Of a DNA stretch of 64,000 nucleotides, positions 51,984 to 64,000 are shown piece after piece. Position numbers and translations under genes: made by a program. The DNA lies in the NCBI RefSeq assembly GCF_964355755.1, contig NC_092676.1, positions 10,455,888-10,519,887 of the forward strand, read 5' to 3'. The notes beneath the pieces are model-generated. The model was not told the DNA's origin. It did not search any database and saw only the letters and a program-made list of their open reading frames with translations. Within the stretch, counting starts at the first letter, position 1. Each line of letters starts with the position of its first letter. This DNA comes from Antedon mediterranea (Eukaryota; Animalia; Echinodermata).

Positions 51984-54900
51984 GGATGCTAGTCAAGTCG
52001 CCCCATTGCAAAGTCGCCCCATACAAAGTCGCCCTTTACACAGTCGCCCCATCGCAAAGTGGCCCCGACACAGTCGCCCCATCGAAAAGTCGCCCCATCG
52101 CAAAGTCGCCCCATCGCAAAGTCGCCCCAACACAAAGTCGCCCCATCGCAAAGTCGCCCAAAACGTTAAAAAATAGTTTAAAAGTGCGTAAAATGTCGCA
52201 ATGATACACAAAATAACACGGAACGTTATTATTAATCTATTGTCGTTGTTATACGATCTAGATTATTTTTACTTTGGTCAATGGATATTTATTATTATTA
52301 TTAGGCCTATATTAATAATTGATTTTTGTTTTTATTTTACAGGTCTATGATGAGAAAGGTGTGCCTTAAAAAATGACAATTTGTAAAGATAGTTTAGGAT
52401 TATAGTATTATTCAGCATAATGTCATTTACTAACACTGTAACAGTACATAATTTTTTTAATGTGAAATATTTTATAGGGAACGTAGGCTACGTCTAGTCT
52501 GTGTCTTTTATTTTATATGCAACAAATTACGTAAAACAATTTATTTATAAACATTCAGTTTACTATTAATAGTATTATACATAGTTTTACAATGAACATT
52601 GATTAAATATAAGCCTGGAAAGGCAATCCCATTATATCCATTATAAAAGTGCATCATATCACCACTATGCCGTAAATGATGACGTGCGTGTGTGTATTCG
52701 TCGTACGTCCATGTTTGTACATATTATTTCGTGCCTCTTCACTGTCTTGTTTAATTTAAAATTAAATAAACACCCGATATGAGGATATTTATTAGGCATG
52801 ATAATTAGAATGTTCTAATAACCAAAAGGGTTGAAAAGAATTTTTTCAGTAAAATGATCATTGTGCTGCGCCTTCTGGTACCTGTCTCGATTGTCACAGC
52901 TGCTAGGCTACGTCTTTCTGCTGCCCGTCGGGGATTCCCCTTTTTAAAAAACATGCACACGATACTGTACGATGGTTTTTCCTTGGTCAAAATGTAGCGT
53001 TTTAATTTTAATAAAATACCTGCATGTCTAAAACGATCATATCGGCGACGACATCCTTTTTTTTTTTTTTTCATTTTGAAAAGTCATAATAAAATTAAAT
53101 AACAATAGACACATAACTTGCAACTTCAATAAATGCAAAATGATCCATAAGTAGCCTATTTTTTTTTTTTTTCTTTATTCGAATTCATAAAATAACACAA
53201 CATAAAAAAAAAAAATACAAAGAATGAATTCAGGGTAACACAAAAAAGTAACCAAAGGTCAAACTTATTTCCATTGTGGCCCTATAACACTTATTGTCTT
53301 ACAACGCTGTTATTGTTTTAACTACTGTAAATCTACACGAAGGCCTACTACACATTTATACACTTATTATATTATCCTAAAAAATGAGCTGGTCCACGCA
53401 TAGGTTGAAGAAAGCCATTCATAATTGTGGCTCTGGTAACTAGTTTTAAAATCATATTAAATTAACATTTTCGAAACTATAAATCAAGGATAATCTTTTT
53501 AGAACTTTCAAACAAGGGACTATTTTTTTAATGATTTTTAAAAAGCACATCACTCCATTAAAACCTGTAAAATAAAAATTAAAACACAAATTATGTATAC
53601 TAGATGGTACGCTCGCTTCGCTCGCGTACCATCTAGTTCGTACCCACAGATGGTTCTCGAATACATAGTAATTTCAGCGTAAAAAAACTGGCGATTTCAA
53701 ATGTACGTACGGCAGGACTATAAAACATTGTCGTTTACAGAAACAAATAAATAGACACAATGATTTATGTAGTCAACCAAAATTAGCACCTAGAAACTTG
53801 TCACAAATGAGTCCAAATTTGTTATTTGGACTCATTTAAACAAACCCAATTTTGTATCTATTAGAGTTTAGGGTTTTGTATCTAACATTAGAGTTGAGCG
53901 TTTGGGATGAGGATAGGTACAAAGAGGAACAATTTTTTAATATATTCTTTATATTAAATGGTTCTTTATATTTCTTTATTATCCACTCTCAGTAACGAAA
54001 TATTTTTTTATCGGCCTATACATAATATACCACTAAATAGAGTAAAACATTTCCGATTTAATACTTTATTAAAACTGTCACTGTCTCATGGTCGATTGAA
54101 ATAGTAAAGTACATTTAAAGACCACTAATACGTTTATATTTTTGTAATTATTAATTAATATAAACGTTGAGAAACAACTGACAGTAATAAAGTATTATAT
54201 TATTATGTGTTTAATCTAAAAGTAGGGGCTACCCACACTCACAGTGATAAAGTTTATTAGTATAATTTGTTTATATTATATTTAACAGTACCAACACACT
54301 TTTGATTCAAATGGCGATCAAAAGTGGTTAATACCTATTTGCAGTATTGTATAGCATTACAATACTATTTCTGTTTATTCTCCAAGGGTCTATAAATTTA
54401 CCTACTTGTGTTAAACCATGGAGGTATGCAAGTATGGTTAAACCAAATAATTTGGAATGTTCCATTCATTGCAAATCAATACATTTGTATAAACGTATAT
54501 TAAATGTATCAAAATAGTATTTTTTAAAGAAAATCGGCCTGTCTTCAACATTATGATGCTGTACTCGAGCTGTTCAACCGGTTTTCAGCCATTAAAACCA
54601 GTTATCGTAGGAGGAGATAGGAAAATGCGAAGCATCCTCGTATTATTGTATGCGGGTGTTTTTCACGATGGACATGCATTAGACAGTGTATACCACGGTC
54701 GGAAAACACCCCTATTTGGGGCAAATCGTTGAACCTAAATTCTTTTTAATTGTCAATAACTAATTATCTAACTTAATTTAATTAGTAAACAGGGTTACAT
54801 CAGGTGGTTAAAATCAGTACCGAAAGTACGAACCAACTTTATATACCATCGAGTAAACATTCTAGAAGTAACGCGCGATTTACCGAATTTTGCCCTTACA

Positions 54901-55153
54901 AAAATTTATATATAGATAATAGGATAAACATATTTATAATGTATACGACATTTAGCGCGAACAAAGTAACAACGCAATCGATATCAAACGCAACCGATAT
55001 GATTAAAACTATAAAACAGCGTACTACTAGCGGCGGCGCTTCATAGTCATCATACCGAAATAAAACCGTGGGCGACTTTGCGATGGGGTGACTTTGCGAT
55101 GAGGCGACTTTGCGATGGGGCAACTTTGCGATGGGGCGACTTGACTGGATCCC
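51984..55153. mobile_element. MULE-like element with 16-bp subterminal arrays, copy 2 (inverted)
   Basis: Homologous to 4336-6308 throughout. TSD gtttatttc. Contains a Helitron insertion. Confidence 0.9.
53600..54916 (-). mobile_element. Non-autonomous Helitron
   Basis: On the minus strand it starts TCTATATAT and ends with hairpin ggtacgcgagcgaagcgagcgtacc plus CTAG, between A and T. It is absent from copy 1 of the host element. Confidence 0.85.
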
Positions 55154-56094
55154 GTTTATTTCTAAACTTTTCTATACAGTTGGAGGGGAAAATTTCATGT
55201 TAAAATTTTGTGTAGCAATACTGTAGGTCTATTGCTAATCAAACCGATTTTTGAGTCGAGAAACATAGTTTTGTATTGTATTTTTTGCTACACAAATTTA
55301 AAAATCTGTAGCAAGAAGGTTGTTTTGTATAGCTTTTTGCTATGCTACACTGGCGAAATTATTCCCTGAGTTGGCTATGGTTTTAAATTGTAAGCATTGC
55401 ATTCAATTCAATGCTCTGTGTGATGTCCTTCTTGTGCGTCCGTCACCTTGCAAATAGCGCAATGTGTTTGTTCATAAAACCATATCACATATTAACTCCA
55501 TTGGCGAAAACATGTAAGCTTGTTCATAGAATAAAGTCATGTTTTTAACGATTAAAATCGAAATATTTTTTTAGAATCTGTAAATTCAAGGTGTTATCAT
55601 CGATTTTGTGTGATTTTGGTAGGATTTTGTGTACACTACCATTTCGTAGGGTCTTCGCTTTCGAGGTCTTCGATCTCCGCTTTCGAGGTCTTCGCTTTCG
55701 ACACACCCCACAATTTTCAAACCAAATGTGGTACTATGCAAATATATATTTGTCACCATCAACTTTCTAATTAAAAATATGTTCATAAAATGTATTTATG
55801 TGTTTTATTAGTTTTTTCACCCAGTGACTATTTGTGTACAAGGTCACAAACCCGGGGTGGGGATTCCTATGTAAACAAAGCATAGGCCTAGGCCTAGGCC
55901 TACCGGCCTAGCTGGGCTAGGCCTACTACTAGGCCTAGCCTAGGCTAGTAGGCCTAGCTAGAGAGTAGAGAGGGTATGATACATTATCAATAATATATAG
56001 TATAACCTAGTATAGCTCTACTTTATTCTTATTAATAAATAACTCTAGCCTAGGCCTACAAATAACATTTTGTTTTAAAATCACGTCATTCTTA

Positions 56095-56129
56095 ACTTAC
56101 GTGAAAAAAGTTTGTCACTTGGTTACCAC
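56095..56129 (-). promoter_or_regulatory. Candidate first-exon end and X-box-like site of the C6orf118-like gene
   Basis: Minus strand reads ggtaaccaagtgacaaacttttttcac|GTAAGT, followed by a TAGGCCTA cluster like those in the first introns of COX17 and TAF13. Confidence 0.4.
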
Positions 56130-57493
56130 CAAAGAATATATATCACAAGAATGAGTAATCCGCTATTTTCCCTGTAACAGTAATATTGTCCATGTGGTAG
56201 GGCGCCGCCATAAGTGTGGATGTATCTGGGATGTATACAACTTTTTGTGACGGTTTCACTAATCAAAGGCCAGGGGCGCAGCCAGCAAAGAATTAAAGGG
56301 GGGGTCAACCAATATGTGAGTATTTTGCGAGCGAAGCGAGCAACCATGGGCTGGGGGCCAGGGGGCCGCCAAGGGCCCCCGGTTGGGGTCCAGGGGGCGA
56401 AGCCCCCTGGAAGCTTTGGCGGTCTAGGGGAATCTAGATCATTTGAATCGGTTTACGCACAAACAAATATGACAATGTTAACACTAATAAACTGAAACAA
56501 AGAAAACAAAAAACAACATTTTTATATTCCAGGCTGCCACAGACAAACACTTTTTTTCTTGCTTGTTTGTTGATTTGTGTAGAGAGGCTGTAAACTCAGG
56601 AGGAATTATTTGAATTCCTCCCTTTTCACCAATACAAAAGTTGCATGAAATATGAACGTAGAGATGCAAAAGTTTGAAAAAAGACATTAGAATGATAGCA
56701 TGGAGTGATATTATTGAGAACCGTAAGGTTATAGAGTTCATACACTGTGCAAGTCCAAGAAGCTATCTTGGCTCCGTGTGTATGTGAGACGCTTATCATA
56801 CCCAGTAGGCCTACATACAATATTTTGTTTAAAAATATACCTATTTTGTTCGAATGTATAGTATAGGTGATAGCTTATACATAATTGTAATAACTAACTT
56901 CTAAATTATTATCATACATTTTACGTTAGTTACTATAACGGCGCTCTCTAGACATCGCGTGATGCATCTTTAAACATACAGTAAGTTTGGAACATTCTTC
57001 TTGGCTTGGAGACAGAATTCGCGAATGACATTCTCTGTGTTAATGTTCATGTTAAAGTGTATGTTCATGAGGCACAATCCCGAAAGCTGCTCATAAGACA
57101 TGTGATTTCGCAAACAGGTTTTCGTTCTCCATAAAGTCGAAAAACTCCTCTCAGCTTCAGCAGACGTTACGGGCATAGGCCTACGCGATTAGAAGAAGTG
57201 CACGCACATTCGGGAACACATCTGGATCCGCTAATTTTACACAGTCGCTTCCATCACTGAAGCTCGGAATGAATATGTTCGTGTCTTGGCAGATCATCGT
57301 ACCAAATTCAAGTTCCTTGAAGACTTCTTCAACATTACACTTCGATAGACTTGGGTGCTACGCCAAATATGTTAGAGCATGGCCTGTTATCGGCAGAAAA
57401 CGGGTTTTTAACTGGGTTTGTTGATTTGGTAATACTGCTCGGTAGTAATCTTCCACAGTATCTCCAGGGTGATTTGATCTGTATTGTTGTCTC

Positions 57494-58809
57494 ATTGGTT
57501 ATCCGCCTCAAGCGGATAAGCCCTTGGAATTGTAGTGTTACTTTTTTTTTATTATTCTTCTCGATTTCCGCCGATTTTTGTGTTCAGCTTTTCTCTGCAA
57601 CTTGTTAACATAACATGTTGTAACTTGGTAAACATTTAGACATTTAGCTGAAGATGTGCAGCCAAGCTTTTGGACGCTGGCAGAGCCGCGTAGCGTAAGT
57701 TACGTGCGATTTTCAGAAAATCTTAAATTGATCATAACTTCGAAAACGATAAATATTTTTTAACGTCATTTTCAGCCACGTTTGCTTCACATCAATTGCT
57801 AACTTTTTTATCGCTACCGAAAGTTGAAACATTGGAAAGTGCGCGCGTAAACGGCTTTTGAAATTTTAAAATGCTCCAAATCAATTTCTGATTAAATTAG
57901 AGCACGATTCAGGTCATTTTAAGCGTTTGAAAAATTGCCACCAGGTGCGCACATTTTTACGCGCGCACGGTGCAGGAAACACGTATGAGCATTTCTTTTG
58001 CACGATTTGTGTTTTTCAATCTTCGGTTAACAATTTTACGTTATTTTATTCACTTTTCAACTTCAAATGGCGTTCTACGAGCACGTTAAACATGACTGGT
58101 TGCGCACGTAAAATGTTAAAAAATTTTGAAAATGTTGCAAAATATGTATACTTTTAAAAATGATACAGTTCATCAGAATGCAAGGTTACCCCTATTTTTT
58201 ATTTTATTTTCTTGCAGTGTATGAATCATAGGTCTGATTTATTATAGTGTTGAATGTTAAAACGTGTTTGATGGCTACATTATTTGCATATTAAATATAA
58301 TTTTTGAAATTTTTATCATCAAACAAACATAAACTTTTTCAAAGAGCAAAACAATAAACATAACGTTTATCTTTTTTCTTCACATGTTAATATATAAAAC
58401 TAAAAAGTATGCACTTTCATAATATGTCACTGGTTAAAATTTGTGAAGATTTCATCATAGTGAAAATTATGATATAGTTTGGAAAGTAATAATCTATTTG
58501 CATCGAGTGGTTCACGACATACCGAATGGACGAGTTAACTTTCTTCGGATTCTCTTCAGCAGGTGCTCATATGGCTCGATGTGTAGTGCCACCGGCTTTG
58601 GTATCAGAGGTACCGGGTTCGAATCCCATCACGGGAAAACAATTAATTAAAAGGATTTGTTTGGTTATTACACTGAAATGGCAGTTTTAATTTCGAATAG
58701 GCTACTTCTTGGAAAAGTCACAACTGAAAAGTACTTGAATGCGCAAGATACGTTTTGTTGCGGGCGGATAACCAAACTCGTCCTCAAGTGACGAGTTTAA
58801 GATCTAGTT
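57494..58809 (+). mobile_element. Helentron-associated element, third (diverged) copy
   Basis: ttggttatccgc..gcggataa at the 5' end. gcggataaccaa, stem-loop aaactcgtc..gacgagttt and ctagtt at the 3' end. Absent from hAT copy 1. Confidence 0.85.
58563..58636 (+). pseudogene. tRNA-derived sequence (SINE head or tRNA pseudogene) inside the Helentron
   Basis: A-box-like tggctcgatgtg and B-box gggttcgaatccc. The acceptor stem does not pair well. Confidence 0.5.
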
Positions 58810-59497
58810 ATTTTATTTATTTTTCCTAAAAAAAGGGGGGGTCAGGACCCCCGTGACCCCTCCCCCCCCCCCCCCCCCCCCCACTGGCTGCGCCCCTGAA
58901 AGGCTGGACCACCGGTAGTATTTTCATGATAAAAAATGTTATCAACTACATGCCAACATCATGTTAAATACTATTTGGATATTTAATTGTTCGTTTTATG
59001 CAATTTATTTAGTAAAAACTGCCGTATAAACAGTTTGCTTTATCAACCGGGCGCTACGATAGCGTGACCGGGCGTGTTGGTGTTTACGCGTTTTCACGAA
59101 GGATAGTTTAATAATATTCCTATATTTAACTTGTTTCTGGTAAAACAAAATAAATGTTAACGACTTTTAACATTTTGTCCTATTAATAACATGTATTTTA
59201 TACTAATTTATATCATAAAAACAATACTTAATTTACCGGGCGTAGAGTAGTACAGGGCAATGGTAAAGAATAGGCCGTGCTGAGTAACGATTCGTTGATT
59301 TTTGGTGTTGCTGTCTGTGTTAGGCCTTTTTTGTGAACTAACTTAGCATGTTAGTAAATAATTGTCTGTAAAAGTGAATGTACACTAGTTTGTTAATAAA
59401 TATGTATTATAAAATAGTTTGCAATTGCAAAAACTATTATCATAATTCTATTTAATGTGACATGTATAATATCTATTAAATCAAGTAAAAAAAAACC

Positions 59498-60325
59498 ATT
59501 TATTTGTTCAACAATGGCATTATATACAGTATAATAATTATATATAGATGTGTACATAAATGAAAACATTAGTAATAAGCCATCATTTGGGGTCTTCTCT
59601 AGAAGAAATCAAGTTTCTTGTCTCGAGAAAGACCCCAGAAACAATACACATACGTCATTTAAACTAATACAATTTACTACATAAAATAATAAATAAAAAC
59701 GATGAAATAAAAATAGATACTTTCAGTGTACTACAATCATAATAATATTAAAATTAGTATAAAGAAATAAGATATTTTTTTTTTTTTAATTTTTACGAAA
59801 AGTATAAAGAGATTTAAAATGCTTTAGTTTGTCATCAAGATCATTCCAGATTCGCGTTCCTGAAACAGAAATAAAATATTCGAAAATTTTCAGTCTAAAA
59901 GGAGGTACATCAAGATACTGAAATTTATTGTCGATACGTAAATTGTACTTGTGTGATTTTGTATGATGACTTAATAGATTAGACATTGTCACAGGGAGTT
60001 TGGTATTAAAGAATTGAAAAATAAAGGAAGCAATTTGTGTTGTAAATAGATCATGTAGACTAAGAATATTGAGTTTTTTAAGTAAAGGTTGGGAAGGGGC
60101 GAGATAGTGAGAGAAAGTAATAATACGGGCAGCACGTTTAATTTGTTTATTAAGTTTTTCTAAATTTGATGGGTAGTCGGCTGCCCAAATAATGTTGCAA
60201 TAAAGAAGATGAGGTTGTATAAGGGTGTTATATTACAAGAGTAAGATATGTTGTGGAAAAAATTGTGTTAATTTACAAAGGATGCCAATTACTTTAGATA
60301 TCTTTTTAGATACATACGCTTATTT
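59498..60325 (-). pseudogene. 3' fragment of a CR1/L2-group LINE
   Basis: Minus strand reads PHLLYCNIIWAADYPSNLEKL..KRAARIITFSHYLAPSQPLLKKLNIL and later SGTRIWNDL. There is a 3' UTR hairpin at 59589-59637 and an aataaa tail. Confidence 0.85.
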
Positions 60326-60862
60326 AGTATGTATACATGCGCCCTTATGAGGGCGGGCATCACTCACTGGAGCTCTCTGTTACAAATTTCTCATGCAAAA
60401 ATCGCGGAATATTCATTCTTGTGATATATATTCTTTGTTACCACCAAATAATATAATATAAGCCAAAAATTGCATAGCGCCGCTATGCGACGCTATACAG
60501 TCTGAGAGCGCGCCCAGCATGAGGTTTTGTTTAATTTCAGTACAAAAGGTTTGAGGTGTGGAGTATGTAGGACCCAGAAATGGATTTAATTAGCATTTCG
60601 TGTACATGGACCAAACGAATTGTAAAATGTTCTCTGACCTATCATGAATCAATATCCATATTTCTTAAGTGACCATTCCTTTAATTAGTGCTAAGTAATT
60701 AGACATTTAATTATCATTTTGAGTACATCAACGAAATTCACATCACATAGGCCTATAGTCCATGGGATTTAGCTAAAAAATGACCCTTTTCTCACACAAA
60801 TTGCAAGAAAAGATTTTTTTGATGAAATGTGTTCTTTAGACCCTACTGAACACATTTATCAA

Positions 60863-63604
60863 TAGTCCAGTTCCTAAGGGGAAATGATGCTACCATAGTG
60901 GATACAAGTGTGCCCTTTGGCATGTTGATAGAACATGATATGGAGATACCAAAACAAAGTTACTGGAAATCTGATTTGACCTCTGTGACCTCTGACCTCA
61001 ATTTTTATATTTCTATCTTAAACAGCCATATCCTCGCAACGGGTTTGAAAATTGAAATGATATTGGTGTCAAATAGATCAGAGGGTACATATTTATATTC
61101 GCTCTAATAGAACTTTTTTTAAAAAAACGACCGGAAATGTAATTTCTCAATGTTTTGACCTTTGACCTCGGCTTACTATATCTCAATAACTACTGGTCAA
61201 AATTTCTTGAAATTTGTTTCAAATTGTTAAGAGCATACATATTTATATATACTTTAATTAAACATGTTCTTCCAAATCCACAGGAAATGTCATTTACTGA
61301 CCTTTGACCTTTAATGTTTAAATATGTCTGTATCTCTGTAACCAAAAGTCATAAAAAGTTCAACTTGGTGTCAAAATGTTCAAAATGTAAACATTTATAT
61401 TAGCTCTAATAGAAGATGTTATCATATTTTTACTGGAAATGCCAGTTTGAGGTATGACCAGGATATACTGTTAAGCGTGCGTGTGTCATACTTATAATAA
61501 TATACCTAAAATATAGATTTAATGGACCAGAACTACATTCAATATCCTATTTAGCCTTTTACAATTTTCTTAAAACTTAATGTTTAATTTAATTTCAATA
61601 TATAATTCCATCACATGGTAGGCCTACACCGTAAGAGCAACACTTAATATCAACAAAAAATTAGATAAACTTAAAGTTAAATAACATTAATTTTTTAAAA
61701 AAGAAAGAAAATCAGGATCTTAAAGAAAGAAAAGAAGAATTAACCAATGCGATTTGATACTCATAAAACATATGACCTAATTATCAATTAATTGCTTGAA
61801 GTATGCTGAAAAAATAAAATGTTTGAAACAGTGAGGAAAAAGCGAAGAAAAGAAACAAATATGTTTAAAATATTAGAAATCTGAAAAGGATCAAAGACAA
61901 ATTAATTACAAAGCTGATTTCTTTTCAAGAACATACTGTAGTGGAATATAAAAAGAAAACAAACCAGTGAGCAAGAAGTAAATAAACCAATATATAAGGC
62001 TTTATACAGTAGGACCATCTTATACAGTTTGTCAATCAACTAAAATAAAAAGGAAATGAATATCACCAAATCTTTGATTTAGAGATTATCAGAAAGCATT
62101 TGACTCAATAAAACAGGCATTACCATATTAGAGGGAAATATTATACCTCAACAAATATTAATTACGATCGTTCAAAGAGAAGTTAAGGAAGATTAGTAAG
62201 ACAAGGCGACACTTAAGATCTTCACTGCATTGGAAGAGGTGTTTAATCAAAGAGCTAATCTAAAAAATAGAGTAAATATCACTTTAAAGACAAAATAAAC
62301 AGTTAATTTAACCAAAATCTTTAACCTATTTTTTGCTTTGAATTACAGTTTTTTTTGGGTATGCACTATATCATTTTTTTTTCAATCCAATTTTTGGTGA
62401 AACTATTATGTGTGACATTAAAATTGCATATTCAACAAAAATATTTGTCAAAATTACTTTTTTCAGGGGGAAAATAAGTATATCTTTAATAGCATGTGAT
62501 ATTATTAGCAAATATTTCAAATGTAGTTTTAAAACTTTCCCATTACAAACAATTGCCATAATTCTGATAACATTACAATACACCCATCACTCTGGGACTT
62601 ATTTTCAAATGTAGCTAAAAACTTTCCAGTACAATTCCGGCCATTTTGATGTGTATATATGCATGCAGTAGCATTGGAAAAGCGAGAGAGGGGGAGGTGG
62701 TTGGGTTGATGGAGAGACACATATTTTTTACATGTTTGTCTACACTATAAACTAGTTTAACAAAAAAGGTGTGATGCGCCCAAATATGGTAGTGATATGT
62801 CATTCATCGTGTCCATATATGGGCACATCACATTTTTTTGTCGCATAAAAATGTTATAGTGTAGACAGAGTTTAACATTTGTGTAACATGTAACAAAAAT
62901 ATGTGTCTCTCCATCCACCCCAACCCCCTCCCCTCTCTCGATCTCTTTTTATAGATTATTAATTGCTAAATATATGCAAAACGATGGGTCATATCTCAAA
63001 ATGACATTTCCAATTGAATTCTGACAAAATATTTTGTTAGAGCAAATATAAATGTGTATATTCTAAACAATTTGACACCAAACTGAACTTTTTAGGACAA
63101 ATAGTTACCGAGATATTGACATATTCAAACATTAGAGGTTAAGGGTCAAAAAAGCTTAATTTATGGTAATTTTTGGAAAAAAGTTTCTATTAGACTAAAT
63201 ATTAGATTTATTTTCTTAACATTTTGAGCCCATTCTCAAATCTCTGAGATTGCGTGTTATTAAGATATTAGGCAATCAAGGTCAAAGGTCAAACTGAAAA
63301 ATAAAGCCTTAGCGGCCATTTTTGTACAATTTTTTTCATTATAGCGAATATAAATATATATCTTCCAAGCATTTTGAAAAAAAAATAAATGTAAAATGTC
63401 CCTGCGTTGTCAAGATATGACAATTTTTAGTTATATAATAGAAAAATATAAAAATTGAGGTCAGAGGTCACAGAGGTCAAATCAGATTTCCAGTAACTTT
63501 GTTTTGGCATCTCCATACTATACTCTACCAAACTGCTATATTGAAAAATTTGTATCCAGTCTGGTAACATCCCACCCTTTTTTCTCCCCTTAGGGACTGG
63601 ACTA
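60863..63604. mobile_element. Non-autonomous Academ-type element with long TIRs
   Basis: tagtccagt / actggacta termini, 3-bp TSD caa, imperfect inverted arms of about 550 bp with repeated tgacctttgacct. Confidence 0.8.
62684..62940. repeat. Imperfect 257-bp palindrome
   Basis: cgagagagggg..atggagagacacatattttt pairs with aaaaatatgtgtctctccat..cccctctctcg. The inner arms gtctacactata and tatagtgtagac also pair. Confidence 0.8.
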
Positions 63605-64000
63605 CAACGTTAGGACATTTTTCGACAACGGGAAGTAGCCTAATTTGCATAATTAAAAATGGCCCCCATTTTTAATAACGTACTCTGTATCTTGGAAACC
63701 GCTAGTCACAGATACTTAATTATGGTGTCAAAATCGTTAGAATATATGTTTTTATATTCACTTTATTGAAAAAGTTTGTCCAAAAATGAATGGAAGTGCT
63801 ATTTCTAACATTATTGACCTTTGACCTTGAATTCTCATATCTCAGCAACCACAAATCGGAGATATACAAATTAAGGCTTAAATTGTTCAGAAACTACACA
63901 TTTATATTTAGTCTATATAATGGCATGTTTTTGCAAAAAATGGCGGATTCTAACATTATTGACCTTTGACCTTGATTTATCATATCTTAGCAACCACTAA

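Larger units (their letters stand above)
50055..55396. mobile_element. Long-TIR foldback element interrupted by MULE-like copy 2
   Basis: 50055-50330 is inverted relative to 51720-51983 plus 55370-55396. 50705-50735 is inverted relative to 51560-51590. Confidence 0.6.
56271..58898 (-). mobile_element. Internally deleted hAT element, copy 2
   Basis: Near-identical to 33868-35204 with the same TIR and deletion. TSD aaaggc (6 bp). Interrupted at 57494-58809. Confidence 0.92.
56130..60437. mobile_element. 4.3-kb TIR element (P-like ends) carrying nested hAT, Helentron and LINE pieces
   Basis: 25-bp perfect TIR caaagaatatatatcacaagaatga with 7-bp TSD ttaccac. Alternative reading: 56131-60436 with 9-bp TSD gttaccacc. 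Confidence 0.85.

Overview
AT-rich, intron-containing animal genomic DNA. The TAGGCCTA-rich low-complexity tracts and the transposon repertoire suggest a marine invertebrate, possibly an echinoderm (inference only). Three spliced genes can be assembled by hand: COX17 (minus strand, 2155-4252, missed by the ORF track), TAF13 (plus, 6748-13961, head-to-head with COX17) and a C6orf118-like gene (minus, 17047-47139, possible upstream exons at about 49.0 and 56.1 kb). Most of the rest is transposon-derived. The 18.7-kb intron of the C6orf118-like gene holds a five-level nest: a Harbinger-type element, containing a foldback element, containing a structurally complete but inactivated DIRS1 retrotransposon (gag, RT, RNase H, adenine methyltransferase-like, tyrosine recombinase, ITR/ICR ends), containing two hAT-type and one Kolobok-type insert, one of which carries a 14-bp footprint. 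Also present are Helentron/Helitron, Academ, MULE-like, P-like and Crypton-like elements, a solo LTR, and LINE and SINE remnants. Unusual features include a perfect 13 x 51-bp array and a family of 14-47-bp CA..TG micro-insertions with 7-8-bp target duplications. I found no CRISPR array, rRNA or intact tRNA. All calls come from reading by eye; no database searches were run, and superfamily names for non-coding elements rest on termini and target-duplication (TSD) signatures.
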